Below, piece after piece: positions 8,909-16,634 of a stretch of DNA of 35,188 nt. The notes under the pieces were generated by a model. That model had not been told where the DNA came from, searched no databases, and was given only the letters and a program-made list of their open reading frames with translations. Both the position numbers and the translations under genes were made by a program. Positions within the stretch are counted from its first letter, which is position 1; the number at the start of each line of letters is the position of its first letter. Origin of the DNA: Spongiibacteraceae bacterium (GTDB lineage: Bacteria > Pseudomonadota > Gammaproteobacteria > Pseudomonadales > CAMLJR01). The stretch lies in NCBI GenBank assembly GCA_036502545.1, contig DASXYH010000234.1, forward strand, positions 1 through 35,188, written 5' to 3'.

Positions 8909-10111
8909 TTACGCCGCGTTCAGTTTGACCTGCAACTCTTTGATATTCGTCACCGCCGCATAGGGCTCCCATTTAATTTGGGAATCGCACAGCTCGATCG
9001 AATCGAGCGAACGGCATAGATTCGTAAAAAATTGATGCAGCTGCGCGCGCGCCAGCGCTTGACCCAAACAGAAGTGCGTGCCCAGACTCAACGCAAAATG
9101 CCGCTGCTGCTTGCTTTGCAGATCGACGCTGTCGGGCTGCGGAAATACGCGCGGATCGCGATTGGGCGACGGCAACGGCACCATCACAATTTCGCCTTTC
9201 GCGAAAGGTACGCCGCAAAATTCCATATCGTCTTTCGCCACCTTGTTGGCGAGCAGCGTATTGGGCGGATACAGCCGTAAATCCTCCTCGACAAAACGGG
9301 TTATCAGTGCAGGATTATTTTTCAATTGAAAAAACAGCGCGGGATCTTTGGCCAGCAGCCATAAACCGGTGACCATCGCGCTGCCGGTGGATTCGCCGGC
9401 GCCAATAAATAAATTCAGAAAAAATACGATGATCTCCTGCTGCGTCAGCGTTTGATTTTCAACCTCGGCGCTGAGCAGGCGCGTCAGTACATCGTTTTTT
9501 GGCGACAGCTTACGGCCTTCGATCTGCTGCGTGATGAAACGCATCAATTCGGTAAAAATCGCGTTGACGTTATCGCGAATCCCCTGCGTGACTTCGCGTC
9601 CAAACGCTTTGGCCTGGCCTTCGCGCACGAGGTTATCGACAGTCTGCCTATCCTCGGCATCGATGCCGAGAAATTCGCCAATGATTTCGAGCAGCAGCGG
9701 CTGCGTCAATGTTGGAATCGCATCGATTCTGCGATTGAGCAATGGCGGCAACAACCTCTGCATATGCCGGGTTGCAATCGGACGAATCAGCTCGACATGT
9801 TCCTCGGTGAGCGCGCGTCCGACCAGCATGCGAAAGCGGCGATGATTGTCGCCGCTCAAGGCACCGAGCGCGAGCTGGCGGTACTCATACAGCGCATCGC
9901 CCGGTTTGAAACCACGTCGTGTGAGCAGTGAAATGCCTTCGTTGAGAAACTTGCCCGATGTCAGCAGCTCTTGCACATCGGCGTGACGCAAAACAACTTT
10001 TACGCCGTCTTCAGTAATCGCCACGCGCGTCTGCTCGCGCAGCTGATTCAGAATGGGAAAACAGTTTTGCCAGAACGCGGGATCTTTGAGATTCAATAAA
10101 GGCAAATTCAT
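8909..10111 (-). CDS. Cytochrome P450
   Basis: Heme loop FALSLGTHFCLGQALA (FxxGxxxCxG), I-helix AGESTGS and ExxR motif EEDLR are all present. ATG at 10111 has GGAG 6 nt upstream. Confidence 0.9.
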   Translation of the reverse strand: MNLPLLNLKDPAFWQNCFPILNQLREQTRVAITEDGVKVVLRHADVQELLTSGKFLNEGISLLTRRGFKPGDALYEYRQLALGALSGDNHRRFRMLVGRALTEEHVELIRPIATRHMQRLLPPLLNRRIDAIPTLTQPLLLEIIGEFLGIDAEDRQTVDNLVREGQAKAFGREVTQGIRDNVNAIFTELMRFITQQIEGRKLSPKNDVLTRLLSAEVENQTLTQQEIIVFFLNLFIGAGESTGSAMVTGLWLLAKDPALFFQLKNNPALITRFVEEDLRLYPPNTLLANKVAKDDMEFCGVPFAKGEIVMVPLPSPNRDPRVFPQPDSVDLQSKQQRHFALSLGTHFCLGQALARAQLHQFFTNLCRSLDSIELCDSQIKWEPYAAVTNIKELQVKLNAA

Positions 10112-10175
10112 TTCCAACTCCGAAACGCGCAATGTTGTCCAAAAAAAGTCGTCTGAAAAAACAGGCACTATCGTA

Positions 10176-10207
10176 TAAAAAAAGGGCGCATTGCGCGCCC
10201 TTTTTTA
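10176..10207. terminator. Rho-independent, bidirectional-type terminator
   Basis: ataaaaaaa-gggcgc-attgc-gcgccc-tttttt lies directly downstream of the SDR stop at 10217. Confidence 0.7.
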
Positions 10208-10216
10208 AACAAGCGA

Positions 10217-10960
10217 TCACACGCGCATGACGTGGCCACCATCGACGTTCAGAATTACACCGGTCACCCATCCTGCATCTTCCGATAACAGGAATGCCAG
10301 CGCCTTGCACAAATCGTCCGGCGTGCCCAGCCGCGCGATCGGTAAAGCCGCCACCATTTGCTGAATATATTCTTCGGGCACTTTATCGCGCAACGCTTTG
10401 GTGTCGGTCGGTCCCGGGGCGATCGCATTGACGCGTATGCCTTTCGGTCCCAATTCACGCGCCAGCACACAGGTGATGCCGTTGGTAGCCAGTTTCGTGA
10501 AGGAATAATAATCCATGCTCATCCATGCTGCAGTGGACGATTGGTTGACAATCGCACCGCCGCTCTTCATATAAGGCATTGCGGCGCGCGACATAACGAC
10601 GGAGCCAAGCATGTTCACGCTGATTACTTTATTCAAATAAGCCAGATCGACCGTGAGCAACGGATTGAATTCCAGATTGCCGAACAGCGCCGCGTTATTG
10701 ACAAGGTAGTCGATACCGCCCCACTCTTTGGCAACGGCCGCTGTCGCCGCTTTCGCCGATTCCTCGTTCGAGACATCGACTTTCACGAACAGGGCGGTAC
10801 CGCCCGCCTGCTTGATTTCCTGCACCACGCGTGCGCCCTGCGCTTCGTTGACATCGGCCACCGCAACTTTGCAGCCGCGCGCCGACATACCTTTAGCGTA
10901 CCCCTCACCGATGCCTTGGCCGGCACCGGTAATCAACACAACTTTTCCGGAAAAGCTCAT
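10217..10960 (-). CDS. SDR-family oxidoreductase (FabG-like)
   Basis: ITGAGQGIGEGYA, NNAA, YSFTK (YxxxK) and VTGVILNVDGG motifs. A ggaga RBS lies 7 nt before the ATG. Confidence 0.85.
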   Translation of the reverse strand: MSFSGKVVLITGAGQGIGEGYAKGMSARGCKVAVADVNEAQGARVVQEIKQAGGTALFVKVDVSNEESAKAATAAVAKEWGGIDYLVNNAALFGNLEFNPLLTVDLAYLNKVISVNMLGSVVMSRAAMPYMKSGGAIVNQSSTAAWMSMDYYSFTKLATNGITCVLARELGPKGIRVNAIAPGPTDTKALRDKVPEEYIQQMVAALPIARLGTPDDLCKALAFLLSEDAGWVTGVILNVDGGHVMRV

Positions 10961-11008
10961 GAGAAAATCTCCACTCGTCTAAGAAAAAATCGGCGTGAAT
11001 TAACCGCC

Positions 11009-11518
11009 TCAACCGTGCGCGATGCGCACATCCCGAACCAGATAAAGTCGGACCATCAACGCAGTAAAAATAAACAGCCATAAACCATTGCCGATAATGA
11101 CCGCCGTCAAGTCGGCGTGCGTTTCATCGATGCTGAGAATTTGCCAGGTCAGATAAAGGATCATCGAATAGGTCATCATTCCCGCCATAAAAGTGGCCAG
11201 GTTCCGGTACCAACCAAGGTGCGCTTGCGCACGGATAAAAATGATCAGCGAAAGCACGTAAAACCATCCGAACAGAAATACGTCAAACTCATTGACCAAT
11301 TGAATCCAGCGCGGTGCGTTGGCGTATATCGGTTCGGTTTGCAAGTAACCGAGCCAAGCCCGTCCGACCCAAGTCTGCGCGCATGGTCCATCGGCGCCCA
11401 GACTGAGGCCGTGCCAACCGCAATCGACGAAGTACAGAAACGCCGGCTCATAAAACAGTGCAATAAAGGTGGCGAATGCAAACAACAGTATTAGAAATCG
11501 ATCGTACCAACGCGCCAT
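11009..11518 (-). CDS. 4-TM membrane protein, EXPERA-like (EBP / TMEM97 sterol-isomerase fold), paralogue 1
   Basis: About 169 aa with four hydrophobic helices. Motifs FYEP...CGW, W.GYLQTEPIY, NEFDVFLFGWFYV and YSMILYLTW line up with EBP/TMEM97 blocks (LWKEYAKGDSRY, CELVFQLPFF, YGDVLYFLTE). ATG at 11518 follows ggggagg. Confidence 0.55.
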   Translation of the reverse strand: MARWYDRFLILLFAFATFIALFYEPAFLYFVDCGWHGLSLGADGPCAQTWVGRAWLGYLQTEPIYANAPRWIQLVNEFDVFLFGWFYVLSLIIFIRAQAHLGWYRNLATFMAGMMTYSMILYLTWQILSIDETHADLTAVIIGNGLWLFIFTALMVRLYLVRDVRIAHG

Positions 11519-11838
11519 CGTGCGCACCTCCCCACCATTTTTTTGTGCTATCAATCTTACTGCGTAAGGTAGCGTCGGCAGTTTTATCTGCAAGACATTT
11601 ATTCGCAAGGTCTTTTGTATCAATCCTGAATTAATGCGTCAGCGTAATAGAAATTATTTAAGATTATAAATTCGTCGTAACTTATTACATTATATGTATT
11701 TTTTAATGCTAACTGTTTTCGCTAAGGATGGCAATTACAAGCACAAAAAACAATTTGCATGAAATGTTTTTGGGCGCTATGATCTGCCTCAATTAAATTT
11801 GATACCCTAGCCATCAATTATCACTGGAGCTTAGAGCG

Positions 11839-12990
11839 ATGAGCGACAACTTAATGAAAAGCAGCGCGGCGACAATCCAGCGCAACCTGTTAACAGTACC
11901 CCGTCTTGCCGATGGTTCACCGCGTTTCGCGCGCGGCTGGCACATGGTAGGTTGGAGCGACGAATTCGAAACCGGCAAACCGGTGGCGCGCGATTATTTC
12001 GGCCAACGCCTCGCGCTGTTTCGCGGCGAAGACGGCAAAGTCCGCTGTGTGGAGGCGTTTTGTCCACACCTTGGCGCCGATCTTTCCGCCGGTACGGTCA
12101 TCGGTACCTCATTGCAGTGTCCATTCCACCATTGGCGCTTCGACGGTCAGGGCCAGTGCGTCGAAATCCCCTACTGCGACAAAATTCCGCCACGCGCAAA
12201 AACGCGCGCGTTTCCCACCCATGAAATCAACGATACCGTCATGATATGGTACGACCCCGAGCACGGCGAGCCCGAGTACGACATTCCCGCTTTGCAAGAA
12301 TTTCTGCCGAAGTCTGCAGCGGATGACAACGGCTGGACCAAGGGCTGGCACCGCTTCAAAATCACGATTAAAACCCATGCGCGCGAAGTTATGGAAAACG
12401 TGGTCGATAAAGGCCATTTGCTGCCGATTCACGGCTTCAAAGTCGACCAATGGCTGCCGGTATGGAATGGCCATATGTGCGGCGAATTGACTTGGGGCAC
12501 GCATACCCGTCTGGCGAAAGACGTCCAAGACGACAAACTGTACGTGCGCAGTATCAGCCACGGTCCTTCTTATCAATACACCTGGCAATCGCAGGACAGC
12601 AAGCAATTCGACAGCCTCATCCTGACCGCTTGGTGCCCAATCGATGAAGGCACGCTCGATTATTGGTTTGGCGTAATCGTGCGTGCAAACGGCGCGCATT
12701 TCACGCCGGAAATTATCGAGCAGGCCGCCGAGCGTTATTGCAAAGACTCATTCGATGCATTCGCCGAAGACGTATTTATCTGGGAACGTAAATTGTATCG
12801 CCCAGAGCCGGTATTGTGCGCAGGCGATGGTCCGGTAGCACAACTGCGCCGTTGGTATACGCAGTTTTATACCGATCGCACGCAGGTGAACAACGCAAGC
12901 TTCAATAACCACAACCAAAACTGGACAGTGGAAGATTTGCGCGACAATAAAGCCACGGTTCTCGCCGCGCAAAATAAATCGGCTGCTTGA
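11839..12990 (+). CDS. Rieske [2Fe-2S] non-heme-iron oxygenase, KshA-like (3-ketosteroid 9-alpha-hydroxylase oxygenase type)
   Basis: Rieske motif CPHLGADLSAGTVIGTSLQCPFHHW and mononuclear iron motif NVVDKGHLLPIH (DxxHxxxxH). The N-terminal RFARGWHMVG block is collinear with KshA. Confidence 0.8.
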   Translation: MSDNLMKSSAATIQRNLLTVPRLADGSPRFARGWHMVGWSDEFETGKPVARDYFGQRLALFRGEDGKVRCVEAFCPHLGADLSAGTVIGTSLQCPFHHWRFDGQGQCVEIPYCDKIPPRAKTRAFPTHEINDTVMIWYDPEHGEPEYDIPALQEFLPKSAADDNGWTKGWHRFKITIKTHAREVMENVVDKGHLLPIHGFKVDQWLPVWNGHMCGELTWGTHTRLAKDVQDDKLYVRSISHGPSYQYTWQSQDSKQFDSLILTAWCPIDEGTLDYWFGVIVRANGAHFTPEIIEQAAERYCKDSFDAFAEDVFIWERKLYRPEPVLCAGDGPVAQLRRWYTQFYTDRTQVNNASFNNHNQNWTVEDLRDNKATVLAAQNKSAA

Positions 12991-13061
12991 TAACACCGAT
13001 TGCGCTCCAGTTCATCGAGCGTAATCGGTAACTGTTTTAATTGAATAAAAATCGACGCAAT

Positions 13062-13094
13062 AAAAATGGGGCTTAACGCCCCATTTTTATTTTG
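13062..13094. terminator. Bidirectional rho-independent terminator
   Basis: aaaaatggggc-ttaac-gccccattttt forms a perfect 11-bp stem between the convergent stops at 12990 and 13112. Confidence 0.8.
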
Positions 13095-13111
13095 GATAAT
13101 TAATTATCCGC

Positions 13112-13408
13112 TTAGAAAAGGCTGCCCAGCGCCATCGCGGCCATCATGTCGCCCTGCAATTTCAATTTGCCCGACATAAATGCCATTTGCGCATTCAGTT
13201 GTTTGTTCATGATTTTTACGAAGTCTTCAAGCGTTGCGGTGATGGTGACATCACTGGGATTGTCTTCATTCGAAACGGCCGGTGGATTGGTGGTACCGTC
13301 CAAAAACACAGTGTTGCCGTCGAGCGAAAACTTGATCTTCTTGCCAAACGGTTTAGCGGTTGCCAATTTCTGCGCGAGGGTGGAGGTGACTTCTTCAATT
13401 GACGACAT
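13112..13408 (-). CDS. SCP2 sterol-carrier-domain protein
   Basis: 98 aa. The C-terminus AQMAFMSGKLKLQGDMMAAMALGSLF is the canonical SCP2 signature. An aaggag RBS precedes the ATG. Confidence 0.85.
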   Translation of the reverse strand: MSSIEEVTSTLAQKLATAKPFGKKIKFSLDGNTVFLDGTTNPPAVSNEDNPSDVTITATLEDFVKIMNKQLNAQMAFMSGKLKLQGDMMAAMALGSLF

Positions 13409-13692
13409 GATTTTTCTCCTTATGAAAAAAGTCTTCTAGGTCTGATACGGCGCGACTTTTCGATCGCGCTGCTTAATGCTGCAATATACCCAAGCAGAGG
13501 CGGAAATTCACGGCAACTGCGTTGCGTCGATTATAAACAAAACGGCACAGTCGTCACCCGTGTAAAATTAATTTTTCTTAACGCTAGCGAAGCGCACCCA
13601 AGCAATAGTGGCTTTCCTCACCGGCTTAAGTTGTTATGACTCGTCGGAGCATATTCATTACAATTAACCAAACCAGCGAAGAGGCAACAAAA

Positions 13693-14064
13693 ATGAGCAA
13701 ACCGTACGACCGCGAAAAAGGCATCGAAATGTTCAACACCGTTTATTGTGGCGATCTGCCGCCATTGCCGGAAAAAGGTGCAAACAAATTTACCGACTTC
13801 ATGCTCGAGACGTTATTCGGCACATTATGGGCAGATGAAACGCTGTCGATTCGCGACCGCCGTCTTCTGCTGCTCGGCGCAATAGCCGCACAGGGTGAGG
13901 AAAATACCTTTACAATTCAAGCGCGCTCTGCGCTGAAACGCGGCGAATTGACGAAAGAGCAACTGGAAACTGTTGTCGTTTTTCTTACCCAGTACGTCGG
14001 TTATCCGAAAGGTTCAAAAATGCATATGGCGCTAGGGCGCATCGTTGCTGACCTGGGTTTATAA
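13693..14064 (+). CDS. Carboxymuconolactone decarboxylase (CMD/PcaC-like) family protein
   Basis: FGTLWADETLSIRDRRLLLLGAIAAQG...YVGYPKG resembles gamma-CMD. ATG at 13693 follows gaagagg. Confidence 0.65.
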   Translation: MSKPYDREKGIEMFNTVYCGDLPPLPEKGANKFTDFMLETLFGTLWADETLSIRDRRLLLLGAIAAQGEENTFTIQARSALKRGELTKEQLETVVVFLTQYVGYPKGSKMHMALGRIVADLGL

Positions 14065-14104
14065 GCGCTGCGAAAGCAAGGATGCTTATAGGCGCACGCC
14101 GCGT

Positions 14105-14713
14105 TTACTTTCCGTTCAGCATTGCGTCGAGCATTGTTTTGATGCGCTGCAAAAATTGCGGCGTGTTGTTGGTTTTCGCTTCGAATACGCTTTCGACGGT
14201 AAGGCCAGTCAAAAAGCAGTGCACGAACTCGAGCGTGTCCAGCACTTGGCGATCGGTGAGTTTGATGTCGGGAAAAATTTCACGCATCGTTTTGACGTGG
14301 CCGCGCGATTGGCGCTCCGTAATAATCGATTGCACGCTCACTTGACGACCGCGCGCAGCGAGCAGAATCTCCAGCGCGGCAAGATAAACATCGCTTTGAT
14401 AGTGCTTCCACATCAAATCGATAAAAGCTTCAATGCGTTCGCGCCGCGAGCCAATGCGCAAGTGCGCGCCATCCATCAGGCGCGTGTATTCGGCGTGCGA
14501 TAAATCTAATACCGCATCGAGAATTTCTTCTTTCGAGCCGAAGTGATGTTGCGCAGCACCCCAGGTAAAACCGGCTTGCTGCGCAATTTTGCTGGAACTG
14601 GCCGCCGCGAAACCGCCGTTGCGAATCAGAGAAATTGCCGCGCCGATGATTTTCTCGCGCGCGATTTTCGTTTTCATAGCCTGGCGGCCGAGCACAGGTT
14701 TTTCGTCGGTCAT
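14105..14713 (-). CDS. TetR/AcrR-family transcriptional regulator
   Basis: N-terminal HTH IIGAAISLIRNGGFAAASSSKIAQQAGFTWGAAQHHFGSKEEIL. ATG at 14713 has ggggag 6 nt upstream. Confidence 0.85.
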   Translation of the reverse strand: MTDEKPVLGRQAMKTKIAREKIIGAAISLIRNGGFAAASSSKIAQQAGFTWGAAQHHFGSKEEILDAVLDLSHAEYTRLMDGAHLRIGSRRERIEAFIDLMWKHYQSDVYLAALEILLAARGRQVSVQSIITERQSRGHVKTMREIFPDIKLTDRQVLDTLEFVHCFLTGLTVESVFEAKTNNTPQFLQRIKTMLDAMLNGK

Positions 14714-14790
14714 CTCACACTCCCCGGAATATTTGCAGAATACTAGAGCGAGCGCGAAGTTGGCCAGATTGCGGCGATACTTTTGGAAAA

Positions 14791-14813
14791 GGAGCGCGAG
14801 GCGCGCCATTCAC
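14791..14813 (-). terminator. Stem-loop downstream of the KstD-like gene (weak terminator or attenuator)
   Basis: gcgcgcca-ttcacat-tggcgcgc forms an 8-bp GC stem about 27 nt after the stop at 14840. On the minus strand it is followed only by a short ccttttcc tract. Confidence 0.35.
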
Positions 14814-14839
14814 ATTGGCGCGCAGTACTGAGTTGTGAA

Positions 14840-16534
14840 TTAAGATGCGGAACCGCAAGCGTGTTCGGCGGCTAGAAAACCAAACGTCATCGCCGGACCC
14901 AGCGTTGCTCCGGCACCGGGATAATAGCGGCCCATAACCGACGCCGAACAGTTGCCGATTGCGTACAAACCGGGAATCGCATTGCCGCTTTGATCGACCA
15001 CCTGCGCATTCGGATTGGTTAGCAGGCCGCCCTTGGTGCCGATATCTCCGGGATAAACTTCGATCGCATAGAACGGCGCTTCAACCAGCGGTGCGAGACA
15101 CGGATTGGGCTTGATGCGCACATCGCCATAAATCAGATCGTAACTATTTTCGCCGCGTCGATAATGCTCGTCTTTGCCGGTCTGGGCGAATTGATTGAAT
15201 TGCTGCACGGTATCAGCCAGTCCGCGCGCCGGAATATTCAGCAGCTCCGCAAGATCGTCCAAGCTGTCGGCGCTTTTCAACAACTGTGTGCGAATATGGC
15301 CGGGCTGCAGCCAATTCAAATGCATACCACCGGGCAACAGCGGTCCAAATGGATAATCGCGTTTGTAACGGCTATCGAAAATCAGATACGTCGGCAGATT
15401 GCCGGGCTCGTACATAGCCTGCACGGCGGTGGTGTACGCAACCGATTCGTTGACGAAACGTTTGCCGAATTGATTGACCAGAATCGCCCCCGGCATCGAA
15501 CGCTCGGTGAACAGCGCGCGTGCGCGATCCTCGCCCTCCACGACAATGCTCGGCCCCCACCACGCTTCATCGAGCAACGATGTCGCTGCGCCGATCGCCT
15601 GCCCAGCCACCAGCATATCGCCGGTGTTATAAGGACTCGCGGCGGACCAGGTCGCGCTGGTCGGCGACGGCAAATAACGTTCGCGCAGCGCTTGGCTGTG
15701 CTCGAAACCGCCGCTACCGAGAATCACGCCGCGCTGCGCGCGAATTTGAATCGGTGTGCCGTTACGCAGCGCTTTGACGCCGACCACCGCGCCATTTTCA
15801 ACAATCAACTGCTGCGCCGGACACTGCAGCCAGATCGGCACATCGAATTTTTTCAGCGATTTGCGCAGACGGCCAATCAACGCGTTGCCCATCGTCAAAC
15901 GCCGCGAGCGCATCGATTTAAACCGCCATGGAATATCGGCAAAATATTCGAACGCGAGTTTCATCACCAGCTTGAACCAGCCCGGCGATTTACTCAGCAG
16001 GATTGCCCCTTCGATATTGCTGTAGCCCATTAAGCCGAGCACCCGTGTCTGGCGATGCGATTCCTGCATATTTAAAAAATCATCGCCGAGCTCGCGCGCA
16101 TCGTACGGCAGCGGATCGATCGAACGCCCACCGGGACGCGCGCCGGGCAATTGCTGGTAATAGTCGGAGTAATGTTCCATCGCCATGTATTCGACATCGC
16201 TGTTGCCGCACAGCCATTCGAGCATGCGACGGCCGTTGGTGACGAATGCTTCGACATTTTCGCGCGGCACATCTGAACCGGTTAGCGCGAGTAAATATTG
16301 CAGCGCGTCCTCGCGATTGTCCTCGATATTTACCGCGGGCATTAAATGGTTGCAAGGAATCCACAGACCGCCGCCCGAGGTCGCCGAAGTACCGCCGTAA
16401 TAACGGCTCTTTTCGATAACCAACACTTTCGCGCCGGTATGCGCGGCGCGCAATGCCGCGGTCAGTGCGCCGGCTCCGGAGCCGACGACAAGAATATCGA
16501 CGGTGTGATCCCAATTAATTTGCGATTGACTCAT
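14840..16534 (-). CDS. FAD-dependent oxidoreductase, 3-oxosteroid 1-dehydrogenase (KstD)-like
   Basis: DILVVGSGAGALTAA...EKSRYYGGTSATSGG at the N-terminus and GDIGTKGGLLT...LYAIGNCSAS...YPGAGATLG at the C-terminus. It is collinear along its full length with KstD enzymes. Confidence 0.8.
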   Translation of the reverse strand: MSQSQINWDHTVDILVVGSGAGALTAALRAAHTGAKVLVIEKSRYYGGTSATSGGGLWIPCNHLMPAVNIEDNREDALQYLLALTGSDVPRENVEAFVTNGRRMLEWLCGNSDVEYMAMEHYSDYYQQLPGARPGGRSIDPLPYDARELGDDFLNMQESHRQTRVLGLMGYSNIEGAILLSKSPGWFKLVMKLAFEYFADIPWRFKSMRSRRLTMGNALIGRLRKSLKKFDVPIWLQCPAQQLIVENGAVVGVKALRNGTPIQIRAQRGVILGSGGFEHSQALRERYLPSPTSATWSAASPYNTGDMLVAGQAIGAATSLLDEAWWGPSIVVEGEDRARALFTERSMPGAILVNQFGKRFVNESVAYTTAVQAMYEPGNLPTYLIFDSRYKRDYPFGPLLPGGMHLNWLQPGHIRTQLLKSADSLDDLAELLNIPARGLADTVQQFNQFAQTGKDEHYRRGENSYDLIYGDVRIKPNPCLAPLVEAPFYAIEVYPGDIGTKGGLLTNPNAQVVDQSGNAIPGLYAIGNCSASVMGRYYPGAGATLGPAMTFGFLAAEHACGSAS

Positions 16535-16634
16535 ATGCTTGCGCTACTCGTTGCAAAAATGGCTCGATCCGTTATTCGCATCGGCGCTGGCGAACAACGA
16601 TCACCTGTACCGCACATTAAAATGAAATTACTTT

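Noticed and set aside
10358-11083. 241-aa antisense ORF spanning the SDR and the end of EXPERA-like paralogue 1
   Set aside because: It crosses an intergenic gap and two well-supported minus-strand genes, and its composition is atypical.
15164-16033. 289-aa antisense ORF within the KstD-like gene
   Set aside because: Shadow ORF with Arg/Gln-rich composition and no motifs. The opposite strand is collinear with KstD over its full length.
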